Below, one piece after another: positions 8,797-17,711 of a DNA stretch of 51,558 bases. The position numbers and the translations under genes were made by a program. The number at the start of each line of letters is the position of its first letter. Positions within the stretch are counted from its first letter, which is position 1. The notes below the pieces were generated by a model, which was given only the letters and a program-made list of their open reading frames with translations, was not told where the DNA came from and ran no database searches. The stretch comes from Candidatus Sericytochromatia bacterium (GTDB lineage Bacteria > Cyanobacteriota > Sericytochromatia > S15B-MN24 > UBA4093). The DNA is taken from assembly GCA_036676495.1 (NCBI GenBank), contig JAKFCT010000060.1, positions 1 to 51,558 of the forward strand, written 5' to 3'.

Positions 8797-9999
8797 TTAT
8801 CGCCCTTCGGGGCTGAAAGTCCACCTTCGGACGGTCCTTTCGCTCTCATGACGCAGCCCCTTCGGGCCGGAAAGCCGGATAGAACGGCCTGCGGCCTGAA
8901 GTACGGGCTTTTCTCCCGCTACTGCGCGCGCGTGCCGATCCGAAACCGTCAGGTAAACGGGGTTCGCGAGCACCCGCACGCCCCCGAAGGACGGCCCCTC
9001 CTGGCGAAGTTCGGCGCGGACGAAGTCCGGAACTCCCGCGGCGGGAGCGAAAACCCCCTCGACACGCTCGTGATCGCTCGCCAGGCGCCTCCGGGCCAGG
9101 AGGCCGTCGCGGGTGACGAGCCGCAACTCGAGCCCCTTGCCTCCCTGCACGGCGACGCGGATCCGATGCGATCCGGACGCCGGCAGCGCGTCCCCCATGC
9201 CATGGCCGTCCACCCGGAGATCCAGCCAGGGAGCGTCGGGGGAGGAGGCGATCTGCACGCGCCCAGCCCGCAGCCCCTCCAAGATGCCCTCGGGGCCGGG
9301 TTCGGTGACCCGCACCCGGTTCACCGCCTGATCGATCCGCGCGTAGAAGTAGCCGTGGTAATCGGCTCCTCCGACGGCGACCATGCGGCGGCCCGTGCGC
9401 AGCGCCTCGTCCCAGAGCCCGAGCGCCGCCTCGTTCTGAGCCAGCGGATTTCCCCAGAACCCGTTCCAGACCTCGATGCCTGCGAGCCGCGCGTCGTGAA
9501 AGCCATGCTGCCATGAGAGGCCCCAGTGGGAAGGGTGGTTGGCGATCGCCAGCGCTCCCGAGCGATCCGCCGCCTCCAAGGCCGCCTCCACGCCGTCATG
9601 CTCCGTCACCGCCGCCCCGTCGTAGCCCAGGATCCCCGCATGCCCCCAGCGCCGGGAGCTCCACTCCTCGCCGGGGATCAGCGTGACCCCCGTCTCCTGC
9701 TCCATGGGAGCGAGGGCTTCGGGAGCGCAGGCCGCCGTGGAGTTATGGTCGGTGAGCACCAAGGCATCGAGCCCCCGCCGCTTCGCCTCGGCGGCGAGCT
9801 CGGAAAGGGACGCCCTCCCGTCATGGCTCTCCGCGGTATGCACGTGATTGGCGACCGTGCGCCATGCCTCGCGCTCGAACGGCTCGGAAGGAAGCGGCCG
9901 CAACGCGATCCGATCGGGCCGCTGGGCCCACCCCGGATAGGAGACGAAGGCGACCGACAGCGCCAAAGCAAGTAAGGAAAAGGGGTTCCGGCGTTTCAT
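8797..9999 (-). CDS. Exported PHP-domain metallohydrolase (CehA/McbA-like)
   Basis: Signal peptide MKRRNPFSLLALAL; HVHT..SHDG, LTDHN, GEEW, GH, NHP, GIEVWNG, GGADYH. Confidence 0.85.
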   Translation of the reverse strand: MKRRNPFSLLALALSVAFVSYPGWAQRPDRIALRPLPSEPFEREAWRTVANHVHTAESHDGRASLSELAAEAKRRGLDALVLTDHNSTAACAPEALAPMEQETGVTLIPGEEWSSRRWGHAGILGYDGAAVTEHDGVEAALEAADRSGALAIANHPSHWGLSWQHGFHDARLAGIEVWNGFWGNPLAQNEAALGLWDEALRTGRRMVAVGGADYHGYFYARIDQAVNRVRVTEPGPEGILEGLRAGRVQIASSPDAPWLDLRVDGHGMGDALPASGSHRIRVAVQGGKGLELRLVTRDGLLARRRLASDHERVEGVFAPAAGVPDFVRAELRQEGPSFGGVRVLANPVYLTVSDRHARAVAGEKPVLQAAGRSIRLSGPKGLRHESERTVRRWTFSPEGR

Positions 10000-10102
10000 G
10001 CTCGCTCCATACCCGGAGCGAAGGGGCTTCATCTGATCGTAACGGCTTTTTACAATTCAGAAGGGCGTTTTTCGGTATAATGGTGGAATAGGAGCCACGC
10101 GG

Positions 10103-10705
10103 ATGACGCAGACCCCGACGGTGACCCCCGTCCCCACGATACTGAAGGCCCCCACCGATCCCCGGTGGATCGCGCTCGCCTTGGACCACCTGGACCAGGT
10201 GCTGGTGGATCATGCCTGGTGCGAGCAGAAGGCGGCGGCCACGGCCATGAGCCTGATCGTGAAGGTTCCTGAGAACCGGAACCTGGTCGTGAGCATGACG
10301 CACCTGGCCTATGAGGAGTTGCAGCATTTCGAGCGCATCCATCAGGTCCTGGAGCGGCGCGGCGTGCCGCTCGGACGCATGGACTCCGATCCTTACGTGA
10401 AAGAGCTGCTCAAGGCAGGCCGGCCTTCGGGAGAGGGGCATCTGATCGATCGCCTCTTGATCCTCAGCCTGGTGGAAGCCCGCTCCTGCGAGCGCTTCGT
10501 CCTCTTGGCCGAGCATGTCCCCGATCCGGAGCTCTCGGCGCTTTACCATGAGCTCTCCCTATCGGAGGCCGGCCATTTTCGACTCTTTGTGAATTTGGCG
10601 TGCCAGATCTCCCCGCGCGAGGAGGTCCTGGCCCGTCTCGACGCGTTGGCAGAGGAGGAGGTGAAGATCCTCGCCCGACTGCCAATCACCCCCCGGATGC
10701 ATTGA
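10103..10705 (+). CDS. miaE: tRNA-(ms2io6A37) hydroxylase
   Basis: DHAWCEQKAA, EELQHF, DRLL..SLVEARSCERF and SEAGHF di-iron ligands; GGTATAAT upstream at 10074-10081. Confidence 0.92.
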   Translation: MTQTPTVTPVPTILKAPTDPRWIALALDHLDQVLVDHAWCEQKAAATAMSLIVKVPENRNLVVSMTHLAYEELQHFERIHQVLERRGVPLGRMDSDPYVKELLKAGRPSGEGHLIDRLLILSLVEARSCERFVLLAEHVPDPELSALYHELSLSEAGHFRLFVNLACQISPREEVLARLDALAEEEVKILARLPITPRMH

Positions 10706-10773
10706 CCGTAGCGGTCCCGGGGGTATTGGGTGAGAGCCCCGGGGCAACTAAGCGCTCACCCAATGGAGGAAGA

Positions 10774-11181
10774 ATGAACCGACGCGAACTGGCCAAATTT
10801 CAAGACCCCGGGATCCGTGAGGATTATCTCGCCAAGTACGGCGATCCGCTCGAAGAGGTCGGCCCCGAAGACATCATGGACCTCATGGAGAACCTCTGGA
10901 GCTCCCAGCGGGGCACCTACTTCCAGCTTCGCCAAGAGCTCACCAAGCAGGGCCGCGATCCCTGGACCGCTCGCCAGGAGCTGGCGGAAGCCTACTTCCG
11001 TTCCATCTACGTCCGCGAGCACGACCTCGACGAGACCGCGGATGCGGCCAAGGTCGAGGACGTCACCAACTTCATCATGGCTCGGGTGCAGGAGCTGATC
11101 CGCGAGGCGCAGCGCCTGGAGGCCGAAGAGGCCGACAAGACCCGGGGCAAGTTCGGCTCCCGTCTCCCCTTCCGGGCCTAA
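10774..11181 (+). CDS. Hypothetical acidic helical protein (135 aa)
   Basis: GGAGG RBS before ATG 10774; GC3-rich codons. Confidence 0.75.
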   Translation: MNRRELAKFQDPGIREDYLAKYGDPLEEVGPEDIMDLMENLWSSQRGTYFQLRQELTKQGRDPWTARQELAEAYFRSIYVREHDLDETADAAKVEDVTNFIMARVQELIREAQRLEAEEADKTRGKFGSRLPFRA

Positions 11182-11201
11182 GGCCCCTAGTAAGGTTCAA
11201 C

Positions 11202-11558
11202 ATGGCCACCGACGCGGTCAATATCCTCGTCCTCGCCCGCGAGATGCTCGAGGACAAGAAACTGGTGAGAGAGCTGATCCTCCACGGCATCAAAAACGCC
11301 AAGGAGCAGCGGCTGGAGGACCCCTTCTTCTGGGAGGTGCTCCCCAATTCCACGTCGCGGTTCCTGCGGCGCTCCGCAATCACCAGCTTCGAGGAGACCC
11401 CGGGTGCGTACATCCGGATCCCCGCTTACCCGGGGGTGGCGGAAGCGTCGGTCGCAGCCATCACGGGAGACGACGAGGGCCTCATCGAGCAGCTCTTGGC
11501 CAACACCAAGCGCTTCCTCGGACTCGTCATGGACAACGTTCGCTACGGTAACGCCTGA
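11202..11558 (+). CDS. Hypothetical protein (118 aa)
   Basis: GC3-rich codons; 20 nt after the previous gene. Confidence 0.7.
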   Translation: MATDAVNILVLAREMLEDKKLVRELILHGIKNAKEQRLEDPFFWEVLPNSTSRFLRRSAITSFEETPGAYIRIPAYPGVAEASVAAITGDDEGLIEQLLANTKRFLGLVMDNVRYGNA

Positions 11559-11564
11559 GCCCGC

Positions 11565-11867
11565 TCAGGCCCCCGGGAGCCGCTCGCGCTCCCGGGCGAA
11601 CGTCCACTCCAAGACCGTCTTCAGGACGATCACGAACGCCAGCATCCCGACCTGACTCCAGCTCGCCACGTAGAGCGTCTTAAGCAGGGTCGCCGCCAGC
11701 TTGACACTCAAACCCATGAGGGCCCCCGTGGTCACCAGGCGTCGCGCCGTGGTCGGCTGACGTTCGCGCAGCACGGCCCACCCCGCCCTGGCGCAGTAGC
11801 CCCCCACGATCAGCGCCCCCCCGAACTCGACAAGCCCGCTCACGCCTCTCAGCCACTCCCCGGCCAT
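11565..11867 (-). CDS. DUF1622-like membrane protein
   Basis: GLSVKLAATLLKT...SWSQVGMLAFVIVLKTVL; paralogous to the neighbour. Confidence 0.75.
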   Translation of the reverse strand: MAGEWLRGVSGLVEFGGALIVGGYCARAGWAVLRERQPTTARRLVTTGALMGLSVKLAATLLKTLYVASWSQVGMLAFVIVLKTVLEWTFARERERLPGA

Positions 11868-11872
11868 GGCGC

Positions 11873-12241
11873 CTACCCCTCTTCCTGGCGGCGCCGCGCC
11901 GCGGCGATGTCACGCTGCAGGAAGAGGTTCAGCACGGTCCGGATCACCACGATGGCCGCCAGCTGCCCGAGCTCGTTCCAGCCGGGCGACACCGCCGTCT
12001 TCAGGATATCCGCCGCCAGCTCGAACTCGAGCCCCAACGACAGCCACTGCCCCAGCTGAATCCGGATGCGCTCGCCGGGCGTCGCCTCCCGGGAGCGCCC
12101 GCGCAGGATCCGCAGCACCGAAACGCTGGCCTGCAGGGCGGCCCCCGCGATCACCAGCGCCGCCAGAAACTCCACGCCCCACGCGATCCAGAGCGTCGCC
12201 TGCTTGATCATGGGCTCGAGCGCCAGCTGCATCCCCACCAT
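11873..12241 (-). CDS. DUF1622 membrane protein
   Basis: RIQLGQWLSLGLEFELAADILKTAVSPGWNELGQLAAIVVIRTVLNLFL; GGAGG RBS before ATG 12241. Confidence 0.88.
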   Translation of the reverse strand: MVGMQLALEPMIKQATLWIAWGVEFLAALVIAGAALQASVSVLRILRGRSREATPGERIRIQLGQWLSLGLEFELAADILKTAVSPGWNELGQLAAIVVIRTVLNLFLQRDIAAARRRQEEG

Positions 12242-12626
12242 GCGATCGCCTCCCTGGCTGATTCCCGTGCGATCCCGGGCCCACCCTAGCATGCGTCATA
12301 TCGGCGGCCTACAGGCAAGCGAAAGCCCTTGAACCCTCCCCCAGACTCCCGAAGGAGCCCGAATCACCCTCGTCCCCACGAACGGGGCATTTTCGCCACA
12401 TTCTTCTGGTCGAGAGGGCCACCCTCCATGACTTCCTAGCGAGATAGCATTAGCGAACCCCAAAGACGCTTGCTTGTTTCCCGGGCCTTGCGAAAAGCAA
12501 GCCGTACCAAGGGGTGCGCCCCCGTCCCCATGCGCAGAAAGGAGTTCGCGAGCCCCGCGCACGCCCCGTCCCCAGCGTCGATTCTCGTTGCCCAACCTTT
12601 CCAGGATTCATGAAAGGAGAATGACC

Positions 12627-12803
12627 ATGACACTGTCCCAGAACCTTCGCCGCATCTGGAACGAGGAAGAGGGAGCGGCCCTCGTCGAGTACGGCCTGAT
12701 CGTCGGCCTGATCGCCGCCGTCTGCATCGCGGGAGTGACCACCATGGGCACCAGCGTCAACACCATGCTGGAAACCATCGCGGGCAAGCTGCCCAAGGGA
12801 TAA
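12627..12803 (+). CDS. flp: Flp pilin (locus B, copy 1)
   Basis: NEEEGAALVEYGLIVGLIA; AAAGGAG RBS (alternative ATG at 12621). Confidence 0.95.
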   Translation: MTLSQNLRRIWNEEEGAALVEYGLIVGLIAAVCIAGVTTMGTSVNTMLETIAGKLPKG

Positions 12804-12918
12804 CCTCCCCGTCCCACGGCGGCTCCTCTCCCGCTTGGGAGGGGAACCCCCCTCAGATTCTGCCACCCAACTCCTGACGACTTAACTTCCCCCCATGCGC
12901 CATGAAAGGAGAACGACC

Positions 12919-13095
12919 ATGCAATTGACCCAGAACCTTCGCCGCATCTGGAACGAGGAAGAGGGAGCGGCCCTCGTCGAGTACGGCCTGATCGTCGGCC
13001 TGATCGCCGCCGTCTGCATCGCGGGAGTGACCACCATGGGCACCAGCATCAACGGCCTGTTGGGAACCCTCGCAGGCAAGCTGCCCAAGGGATAG
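12919..13095 (+). CDS. flp: Flp pilin (locus B, copy 2)
   Basis: NEEEGAALVEYGLIVGLIA; AAAGGAG RBS. Confidence 0.95.
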   Translation: MQLTQNLRRIWNEEEGAALVEYGLIVGLIAAVCIAGVTTMGTSINGLLGTLAGKLPKG

Positions 13096-13111
13096 ACTCC
13101 GCTCCCAGTCA

Positions 13112-13148
13112 GCGGCTGTTCCCCTCACTGCAGAAGGGGAACAGCCGC
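13112..13148 (+). other. Perfect 14-bp stem-loop between the flp genes and tadE, no U tract
   Basis: GCGGCTGTTCCCCT 13112-13125 / AGGGGAACAGCCGC 13135-13148. Confidence 0.75.
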
Positions 13149-13174
13149 CCCCTATTCAAAGGACGAGGTGACCG

Positions 13175-13555
13175 ATGCAGCGACGCCGAGACGAGGCCGG
13201 ACAGGCCCTGGTCGAGATGGCCCTGGTGATGCCCATGCTCATCGCGATGATCGTGGCCGTCATGACCTTCGGCCACCTCTTCATGTCCCAGCAGATCATC
13301 ACCAACGCCAGCCGTGAAGGAGCCCGGGCCGGCACCCTCGGCCAGGGCGAGACCGCCATCAAGCAAATCATCGAAGAGCAACTCACCGCCGCCCACCTCC
13401 AGGAGACACCGCAGATCATCGTACAAGGAGCGGGGGGGCCCAGTGGGAGCCAGGTCACGGTCACCGTGACGTATCCCCTGAAGCTGGTGACTCCCGTCCC
13501 GGGGTTGCCGAACCCCTTCCCGCTGAACTCCCAGACGATCATGAGGATTGAATGA
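13175..13555 (+). CDS. tadE: TadE-like pseudopilin
   Basis: AGQALVEMALVMP...ITNASREGARAG...VTVTVTYP. Confidence 0.9.
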   Translation: MQRRRDEAGQALVEMALVMPMLIAMIVAVMTFGHLFMSQQIITNASREGARAGTLGQGETAIKQIIEEQLTAAHLQETPQIIVQGAGGPSGSQVTVTVTYPLKLVTPVPGLPNPFPLNSQTIMRIE

Positions 13556-14358
13556 TGACGAGAGCCGGAAAACGGCTGCTGACGGCCCTGACGTTCGGGC
13601 TGCTCATCAGTGGCAGCCTCTACCTTTACGCAAACCAGCCGCGCGCCTCCGCGGAGGCCGCCCCGGGCGGCACGATGCTGGTCATCACGAGCCACGTGCC
13701 CGCCAACACCCCGCTCGAAGCGAAGCACTTCAAAGTAGAGAGCCGGCCGCTCGATTACATCACCCCGGGAGCCATCAGCTCGCCTGATGGGGCTCTCGGG
13801 CGTCAGGCCAAATGGGACCTGGTGCCGGGGGATCCGCTCACCGAAGAGAAGCTGCTGAATCCCGGAGAGGAAGCCCGGACGCTGCTGCCCATTCCTAGCG
13901 GCAAGCGCGCCGTGACGGTCAAGGTGGACGAGGTCGTCGGCGTCGCCGGCTTCGTTCAGCCCAACTCGATCGTCGACGTCATCGCGATCTGGGACGTGGG
14001 CGGAGCCCCGCATTCCAAGGTCATCCTCCAGCGGATTCACGTGCTCGCCGTCGCCCAGGAATCCAACCGAGCAGAGGACGCCAAGGCCCGGGTCACCTCG
14101 TCCGTCACCCTGGCCGTGACTCCCTCCGAGGCCGAAAAACTCATTCTCGGCACCGAACGCGGCAGCATCCGCCTGGCCATGCGCGCTCCCGAGGAGGTCC
14201 AGGAGATCACGACCTCGGGAACCACCCCCGCCGCCTTGACCGGCGCTCCCCCCAAACCCGCCCCCGTGAAAGCCGCCGCGAAAGCCGCCCCCAAACCTCG
14301 GCAGCCCGAGTCGGTCGTCATCATCCGAGGAGGGCGCTCGGACGCCGTTTCGCCCTGA
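13552..14358 (+). CDS. cpaB: Flp pilus assembly protein CpaB/RcpC
   Basis: TM helix, SAF-like region, IPSGKRAVTV.VDEVVGVAGFVQP..VDVI, VTLAVTP.EAEKL, G.IRLAMR. Confidence 0.93.
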   Translation: MMTRAGKRLLTALTFGLLISGSLYLYANQPRASAEAAPGGTMLVITSHVPANTPLEAKHFKVESRPLDYITPGAISSPDGALGRQAKWDLVPGDPLTEEKLLNPGEEARTLLPIPSGKRAVTVKVDEVVGVAGFVQPNSIVDVIAIWDVGGAPHSKVILQRIHVLAVAQESNRAEDAKARVTSSVTLAVTPSEAEKLILGTERGSIRLAMRAPEEVQEITTSGTTPAALTGAPPKPAPVKAAAKAAPKPRQPESVVIIRGGRSDAVSP

Positions 14359-14394
14359 GCCCGCGCTCTTCGCTTCACCGGAAAGGATGTCGCC

Positions 14395-15612
14395 ATGTTG
14401 AAGAAGATGACCGTGCTCAGCGCGAGCCTCACCATTGCCCTCATTGCCCTCCCCGCCCACGGCAAGAGCCTCAACGTGACCGTGGCCAAGTCCACGGTGC
14501 TCGACCTTCCCGAGCGCATCGTCAAGGTCTCCGTGGCCGACCCGGCCATCGCGGACGTTGCGGTCCCCACCAAGCAGAGCCTCCTCATCAACGGCAAGCG
14601 CTCGGGCATGACGTCGCTGATCGTCTGGACGGCCAAGTCCCGCTTTCAGTACGACCTGATCGTGAGCGGAGACCCTCCCCAGAGCCGACAGGGAGTCGAT
14701 GTCTCCCTCATCAAGACGGCCCTCCAGCGTACCCTGCGCCAGGCAAGCGATGGCGTCCACGTCGAGCTGATCGGAAACCGCGTGCTTCTGAGCGGCCATG
14801 TCCCCGACCCCGCGATGCTCGAGAAAGCCGGTAAGGTGGCCTCGGGGTTCGCCGAGAACGTGATCAACCTGGTCCAGGTCCAGAACGTCGCTCAGGTGGA
14901 GGTCGACGTCCAGGTCGTCGAGATACGCCGCGAGCAGGGCCATGATCTCGGTACTAAATGGGGTTCCCTGCGGATCGCCCCGAACGGCGAGGCCATCTTC
15001 ATGAAGGATCTCATGACCTTCGCCGAGGCCGCCCCCGGCCAGACGGTCACCTTTCGACAATTCGACCGCCTGGCGGCCCAGTTGCAGCTCATGGTGAGAG
15101 AAGGCCATGCGAAGGTCCTCGCCAAGCCCAAGCTGGTCGCGGCCAACGGGGGCAAGGCCAGCTTCCTGGTCGGTGGAGAGATTCCCATCCCCATCTCCCA
15201 GCAGCTCGGACAGGTCACCGTCACCTGGAAGGACTACGGCGTCAAGCTCAACGTGGCGCCCACCGCCCGCAACGATGGCCGGATCGCCCTGAAGGTCGCC
15301 CCCGAGGTCAGCGCGCTGGACTACACCAACGCCATCAAAATCAACGGCTTCCTCATCCCGGCCCTCACCACGCGCTCGGCCGAAACGGACGTGCTCCTCG
15401 CTCCTGGCGAGGGCCTCGCCATCGGAGGACTCATCCATAACACGGAAGTCCAGAACCTCGAAAAGCTTCCCCTCCTGGGAGATATCCCCATTCTCGGCAA
15501 CCTGTTCAAATCCACCCAGTTTCAGAAGCAAGAGACCGAACTGACCATTCTGGTCTCTCCTCGCTTGATCAGCCCGACAGCCGTGCAGCCCCAGCTGGGA
15601 GCGAAGCCATGA
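14395..15612 (+). CDS. cpaC: Tad secretin CpaC/RcpA
   Basis: Signal peptide, VSVADPAIADV, BON-like region, ASFLVGGEIPIP, LPLLGDIPILGNLFKS, TELTILVSPRL. Confidence 0.95.
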   Translation: MLKKMTVLSASLTIALIALPAHGKSLNVTVAKSTVLDLPERIVKVSVADPAIADVAVPTKQSLLINGKRSGMTSLIVWTAKSRFQYDLIVSGDPPQSRQGVDVSLIKTALQRTLRQASDGVHVELIGNRVLLSGHVPDPAMLEKAGKVASGFAENVINLVQVQNVAQVEVDVQVVEIRREQGHDLGTKWGSLRIAPNGEAIFMKDLMTFAEAAPGQTVTFRQFDRLAAQLQLMVREGHAKVLAKPKLVAANGGKASFLVGGEIPIPISQQLGQVTVTWKDYGVKLNVAPTARNDGRIALKVAPEVSALDYTNAIKINGFLIPALTTRSAETDVLLAPGEGLAIGGLIHNTEVQNLEKLPLLGDIPILGNLFKSTQFQKQETELTILVSPRLISPTAVQPQLGAKP

Positions 15613-16505
15613 AACCGCGCCACAACGAGAAGGGTGGGGCCCTCGTCCTGATCGCCGTCCTGACCACCGGCCTGCTGCTGATGACCGGGGTCGGGGCGGA
15701 CGTCGGAATGATGCTCTTCCGGCGGGGCCAGATGCAGGCAGCAACCGACGCCGCCGCTCTGGCCGGCGCCTTGCTGCTCGATCGCACCGATACGCTAGCG
15801 ATTGATGAGGCCAAGCTCTTCGCCGAAAAGAACGGCTACCCCCTCCAAGCCGGGGAAGCGACGGTCGTGACCTGGTCCCGCCTCAAGGTGAGCATCCAGC
15901 GGCCGGTCTCGCTCCTGCTGGCCCCCTTCCTCGAGTTGGCGGAAGTCGACGTGGGCGCGAGCTCGGTCGCCGAGTACGCGCTCGTCCACCGGGGAGTCCG
16001 CCCCCTGGGTATCCCCGATCAAGTCTTCGAGACCTACCGGGACTACGCCGTGAAGCTCGGAGCAGGCAGCAACGGCGGGGGTAACTTCCAGGCCCTGTCC
16101 TTGGACAACCGCGGATCGCCGACCTTCGAAGAACACTTCAAGTACGGAAGCGACGTGATGGTTTCCGTTCCCAGCATGGTCCCGACCGAGACCGGAAACA
16201 TGTCCGGACCGACGGATAACGCGGCCTCCTATCTCTTGAGCAAGGCGCCTGCGACTCCCAGCTACGAGAAGGTGCTCGAGATGGCGGCAGCGGATCCGGA
16301 TTCGATCACCGCTTACCCCCGGGTCATCACCGTCTGCATCGTCAAGGACTTCGCGATCAACGGCCGAAAGGAGGTCGAGGTGATCGGTTTCGCCCGGTTC
16401 TACCTGGATAGCAACAACAAGGGCGAGGTCCACGCCCGCTACATCGATCGGTTCAATAGCGTCCAGCAGCCCGGTACGAAGTACCGCGTTCGCCTGGTCG
16501 GATAG
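15609..16505 (+). CDS. tadG: Tad-domain (TadG-like) minor pilin
   Basis: KGGALVLIAV...DVG...MQAATDAAALAGA. Confidence 0.85.
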   Translation: MKPRHNEKGGALVLIAVLTTGLLLMTGVGADVGMMLFRRGQMQAATDAAALAGALLLDRTDTLAIDEAKLFAEKNGYPLQAGEATVVTWSRLKVSIQRPVSLLLAPFLELAEVDVGASSVAEYALVHRGVRPLGIPDQVFETYRDYAVKLGAGSNGGGNFQALSLDNRGSPTFEEHFKYGSDVMVSVPSMVPTETGNMSGPTDNAASYLLSKAPATPSYEKVLEMAAADPDSITAYPRVITVCIVKDFAINGRKEVEVIGFARFYLDSNNKGEVHARYIDRFNSVQQPGTKYRVRLVG

Positions 16506-16514
16506 GAGGGCGAC

Positions 16515-17711
16515 ATGGAAAGACCGCATGTCGCCATTCTCTCCCAGGGCGGCTTCGAACCCTCGCTCTCGCCGGCTCGGTACGTGACCAGCCCTCTCTC
16601 CGAGAGCCTCGAGGGACTCACGGAGAGGAACCCGGATCTGGTCCTCATCGACTTCCACGAGGCCGAGACGGCCGTGGCCCAGGCCGAGCGGATCCAGCTT
16701 GAGCTCCCGGCGGCCGTCATCCTGCTGAGCGGCCCTCCCATGGAGCCCGCGACGCTCATGCGCGCCATGCGTGCCGGCGTCCGGGAAGTGCTCTCGGACG
16801 CCGACCCGGCTGAACTCGAGCGCGCCCTCGATCGCGCCTGGGGGCACCGGCAACGGCTGCAGGAAAGCCGGAACGCTCCCCCTACCCGGCCGCTTGGAAA
16901 GGTGATCGTGATTCACTCGCCGAAGGGAGGCTCCGGGAAGTCCACCGGGGCGGCCAACCTCGCCTGCGCCTTGCGCAAGGTGAGCGGCGAGAGCGTCGTC
17001 TTACTCGATCTCTCCCTCCACGGAGGCGATCTCGACCTCCTGCTCAACGTCAAGGCCCACGCGACCTGGGCGGATCTCGCGCAGAGCGGTCCCTTCGGGA
17101 TCGAGGAGATCGATTCCGTCCTCATGCCATGCGGCAACGGCCTGAAGCTCCTGGCGGCCCCCGCCCTCTCGGTGGATGCCGAGCTGGTCGATTCCCGGGT
17201 CCTCGAGCGGGCCATCACTCCGCTACGCGAGCGCCATGCCTACGTGGTCATCGACACGTCCTCGGTCCTGAGCGAGGTGACCCTCAAGGCGATGGAGCTG
17301 GCCGACCGGATCGTGATGCCGCTGCCGATGACCCTCCCGGCCCTGCGCCTTGGCCAGAAGAGCCTGAAGCTCTGGCCCCAGCTGGGGATACCCGCCTCAC
17401 GCGTCGTCGTTGCGGCCTGGGACCAGAACGGCGATCTCGCGATCGGGGAGGCCGAGAAGATCCTCCAAGCCCCCATCGCCCTCCAGATCCCCCCCCTGGG
17501 CAAGGCCATCGAGCAGGCCATGAACGCCGGCGAGCCCCTCGTCCTGAGCCAGCCGAACGGAGCTTTCGCCAGGGCGATCATGGAGCTGGCCCAGAGGCTC
17601 AGCGATTCCCCCGCCCAGGAAAAGAACGAGGCGGGCCGGTTCCAGGGATGGTTGAAGCAGCTCTCGCAGCACGTCAGGAGGCAGAACGATGTTTCTACGC
17701 AACAAGCTTAA
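16515..17711 (+). CDS. cpaE: CpaE/TadZ (receiver-like domain plus MinD/ParA ATPase)
   Basis: AMRAGVREVL, deviant Walker A SPKGGSGKST, YVVIDT. Confidence 0.9.
   Translation: MERPHVAILSQGGFEPSLSPARYVTSPLSESLEGLTERNPDLVLIDFHEAETAVAQAERIQLELPAAVILLSGPPMEPATLMRAMRAGVREVLSDADPAELERALDRAWGHRQRLQESRNAPPTRPLGKVIVIHSPKGGSGKSTGAANLACALRKVSGESVVLLDLSLHGGDLDLLLNVKAHATWADLAQSGPFGIEEIDSVLMPCGNGLKLLAAPALSVDAELVDSRVLERAITPLRERHAYVVIDTSSVLSEVTLKAMELADRIVMPLPMTLPALRLGQKSLKLWPQLGIPASRVVVAAWDQNGDLAIGEAEKILQAPIALQIPPLGKAIEQAMNAGEPLVLSQPNGAFARAIMELAQRLSDSPAQEKNEAGRFQGWLKQLSQHVRRQNDVSTQQA

Noticed and set aside
8797-8823. GGCGATAA on the minus strand upstream of the helicase as a further promoter copy
   Set aside because: It includes the PHP gene stop codon and has no GCAAG at the required spacing
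6608-8851. 747-aa plus-strand ORF
   Set aside because: Antisense shadow of the DEAD-box helicase caused by high GC3
11565-12241. Tandem DUF1622 genes as a novel system
   Set aside because: Recognisable small membrane-protein family with no sequence link to the Tad locus
13156-15744. 862-aa minus-strand ORF
   Set aside because: Antisense shadow of tadE-cpaB-cpaC
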